Below, one piece after another: positions 58,001 to 59,482 of a stretch of DNA of 59,482 nt. Both the position numbers and the translations under genes were made by a program. The notes beneath the pieces are model-generated. The model was not told the DNA's origin. It saw nothing but the letters and a program-made list of their open reading frames with translations, and searched no databases. Source of the stretch: an uncultured Gammaproteobacteria bacterium. Its GTDB lineage: Bacteria; Patescibacteriota; Patescibacteriia; Magasanikbacterales; GWA2-37-8. The stretch covers positions 1 through 59,482 of the forward strand of contig CAYXJO010000009.1 of the NCBI GenBank assembly GCA_964465205.1, written 5' to 3'. Within the stretch, counting starts at the first letter, position 1. The number at the start of each line of letters is the position of its first letter.

Positions 58001-59350
58001 CGACCAATTTACGCTCAAAGTGGTTTGGGCAATACTAGAAAATGTTGGCGTAGACGGCGCTGATGGAGGAAGTGGCAAGGTGGTAGTGGCGGCAGCAGTA
58101 GAAGAAGTGGACCAACCCCCAGTGTTTCCGGCTAAAACATAATAGGTATAAAGCGTGTCAGTAGTTAAACCGGTGCGATTGGAAGTAGTCGCGGCAGTGG
58201 TGGTGACCAAAGTACCATTTTCATACAATTTGTAATACAACGCGTATGTCACATCTGCCCAACTCACCACCAAAGAGGATGAGGTTACCCCGGAAAAAGT
58301 CGGAGCAGATGGGGCATCCGGGGCACCCGGCAAAGTGGTAGTGGAAGTACTATCTGATGCCGCGGAAACACCGCCGGAATTGCCAGCCACGATAGCATAT
58401 GTGTACGAAGTGCTAGCAGTCAGACTAGAACGGTTGGTAGAGGTAGCCGAAGTGGTTACCACAGCGACACTATTTTGATAGACTACATAATATGTGGCAC
58501 CAGACACAGCATCCCACCCTACAGTTAAACTATTTTGACCAACATTGGATAAGGTTGGAGCGGATGGGGCAGATGGGGGAAGTGGTAAAGTGGTGGTGCT
58601 AAATACTGAAGAAGTCGGACCGTTTCCACCGGCGTTGGTAGCCACCACATAATAAGAATATAATGTATCAGGCGTAATATTTCTGGGATACAAAGTAGTG
58701 AGCGCCGTAGTTGTGGCTAATTCGTCATTTTGATAAACCATATAACTAGTGGCGCCGGCAACTTCGGATAAATGCATGGTGAAAGAAGATGTCGAGACAT
58801 CAGAAAAAGTGATGGTGGTAGAAGCCGTAGGAGCGGTGGGTGGGTTGAGCGATAAAGTACCAGCTGTAAAAGTCACACTGCTTCCAATTGTATCACCGGC
58901 CGCGTCAGACACATCACTGGTATCATAAGGCGCAAAAGTTAAATTAGTACTAGTAACAGTGGTAGTGCTAATCGCAAAATTAATTGTGGCAATAGTTGAA
59001 CTGGATAAAGCCACCGGAGTGCTAACATTGTACCACAGATAACTCACCGTACCGAGTGTAGAAGTATTTACCAAAATTGTACCATTTGACCCGGTTAAAG
59101 CACTATCTGTATAACCAGTGCCAGATATAGTTAAGAGATTGGAGTCATAATACAAATCAAAGTTAATACCAGAAATTCCAGATCCAAATCCTCTGGCCAT
59201 AATTGGCACATTGAGCGTACTAGGATAAGACCCAGTCATCGAACCAGCCACCACAGAATAGGCAGTGGCCTGGGCGGCGGTAGCATTGGCCAACGCGCAA
59301 ATAACCACTGCCGCTACCAATAAAACCTTTATTTTTGATTTCATTCCCAT
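55040..59350 (-). CDS. Giant secreted surface protein: cohesin-like domain, 10 fibronectin type III repeats, C-terminal Ig-like domains
   Basis: Signal peptide; GINFDLYYD cohesin-like segment; repeated W...Y...GLTPNTxY.F FN3 pattern; two Lys-rich terminal repeats. Confidence 0.88.
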   Translation of the reverse strand: MGMKSKIKVLLVAAVVICALANATAAQATAYSVVAGSMTGSYPSTLNVPIMARGFGSGISGINFDLYYDSNLLTISGTGYTDSALTGSNGTILVNTSTLGTVSYLWYNVSTPVALSSSTIATINFAISTTTVTSTNLTFAPYDTSDVSDAAGDTIGSSVTFTAGTLSLNPPTAPTASTTITFSDVSTSSFTMHLSEVAGATSYMVYQNDELATTTALTTLYPRNITPDTLYSYYVVATNAGGNGPTSSVFSTTTLPLPPSAPSAPTLSNVGQNSLTVGWDAVSGATYYVVYQNSVAVVTTSATSTNRSSLTASTSYTYAIVAGNSGGVSAASDSTSTTTLPGAPDAPSAPTFSGVTSSSLVVSWADVTYALYYKLYENGTLVTTTAATTSNRTGLTTDTLYTYYVLAGNTGGWSTSSTAAATTTLPLPPSAPSTPTFSSIAQTTLSVNWSAVSGATYYRVYKDGAAVATTTDVTYAATDLTANTTYSFYIIAGNAGGTSVSSTAAEVTTLPNPPTAPSDIDVADIAATSITVIWADNSSDETAFVVEQSTDGETYSVVATTSINATSTSATGLTPNTAYLFRVKAVNTGGSSSYVTAPLPAYTNSAIVTSQVVTASTSATISLQWSANSNPAGTNYRAYVTGVSTSTVTSAGSTVTATISGLTPNTQYTINIQSQNHDNTYNSAQQVTEYTAAAAPSTPTVSDITTESVLLTWTSNSNPGATVYYVAYSNGTLIATTTNVTTSVSGLAPNTSYQFKVRAENLGAAGTYSAYSSNSTATATLPAVPGTPTATASGDGQVDLTWSANSNGASTVYEIYNENTEATVTSSATTRSITGLDPDTQYRFRVRALHLNDESTVSSYSAYSSVVRTLANVPSAPTVGDATTTVSALSVSFSGGTNPSNITYAIYNVTDGNYLDADGLATTTPIFQATSTWGTELVATGLTDNTAYQFAIIARNSSSTNSATSSANTAVYTIPGTVSGLTATAASASQINLSWTAMGSATYHIYRSTNDSSYTSIGTASVNSYSNTGLTARTQYYYKVAAVNSSGEGKLSSAMSTITLSGGSAGGSSSGSSGSGNTTYNISMNGSQYLGVLSVSGFNVVLYIGSNAGFTVAGGVHNLKVQDLNMSTGEVEFVVSSNPQVFKLKPGTSKELDLNGDKKNDIKIAYNTLTTNRIDVTVQALAVTSVSTTPTTVTTVNTTPIVQSVTSAVVISKINTTTFNPGASLKFTYAYKNTTSKTVNVKFVRQLVDSKGKVVKSSTISKSLKKGATYTNKVSEALPGNLKSGTYTVKVKVLDNKSKVVDQNSFDIAVVKKYFILGADLPVANEFTFDTKMLNAVKSNVALPTSLKLKYTYKNSTGKTQSIRMVRELVNDAGKVLVTKNGKWSLKAGQKDSTTFTQALDNKLTAGNYQIRLRAYDATSKALLAENSVGFTVEAR

Positions 59351-59482
59351 ACAAATTAAATTAAATATTTTTTAATAATTAAATTTTTTAAGTTAAATTG
59401 GTATTTTACCCATTAGTCCAACTCCCATTCACATCACCCATTTTTACCCCCCAGAAGTCAACGGTAATAGGGGCGGATAGGT

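Noticed and set aside
55040-59350. FN3 repeats as a DGR target or CRISPR-like array
   Set aside because: Repeats are diverged in-frame protein domains; no reverse transcriptase, TR/VR pair or spacer pattern
1-59482. Alternative genetic code (UGA=Gly)
   Set aside because: Conserved genes are full length under code 11 and TGA terminates genes normally

Overview
59.5 kb of a small-genome, mostly AT-rich bacterium using genetic code 11. Gene content and style (archaeal-type PyrH, dimeric GlyRS, GAD-less AspRS, truncated TsaB, DUF4012, pilin-head and giant FN3 surface proteins) suggest Patescibacteria/CPR (inference, no search run). About 50 of the likely genes lie on the minus strand. They cover glycolysis (tpiA, two gpmI, eno, pgk, gap), aminoacyl-tRNA synthetases (Gly, Arg, Tyr, Val, Asp), frr, rplJ/rplL with an L10 leader, rpmB (missed by the ORF track), holB, scpA/scpB, a divergent mreB, ndk, pyrH, glycosyltransferases and large secreted mosaic proteins. 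The left end holds two convergent tyrosine recombinases abutting a tRNA-Thr locus. That locus is the most striking part. It contains tRNA-Thr(UGU), a tRNA-Thr(GGU) split at 36/37 by a very compact 196-nt group I intron with all core pairings visible, and, exactly 200 bp upstream, an orphan copy of the 5' half of the same tRNA. Other notable items are a compact 6S-like RNA, a secreted protein with three tandem pilin head domains and no prepilin signal, an MreB lacking its catalytic Glu, a CxxC redox-like triad, tandem gpmI paralogues sharing a 34-bp identical patch, and a 110-nt rod hairpin. No CRISPR array or rRNA was seen. All family assignments come from reading motifs by eye.
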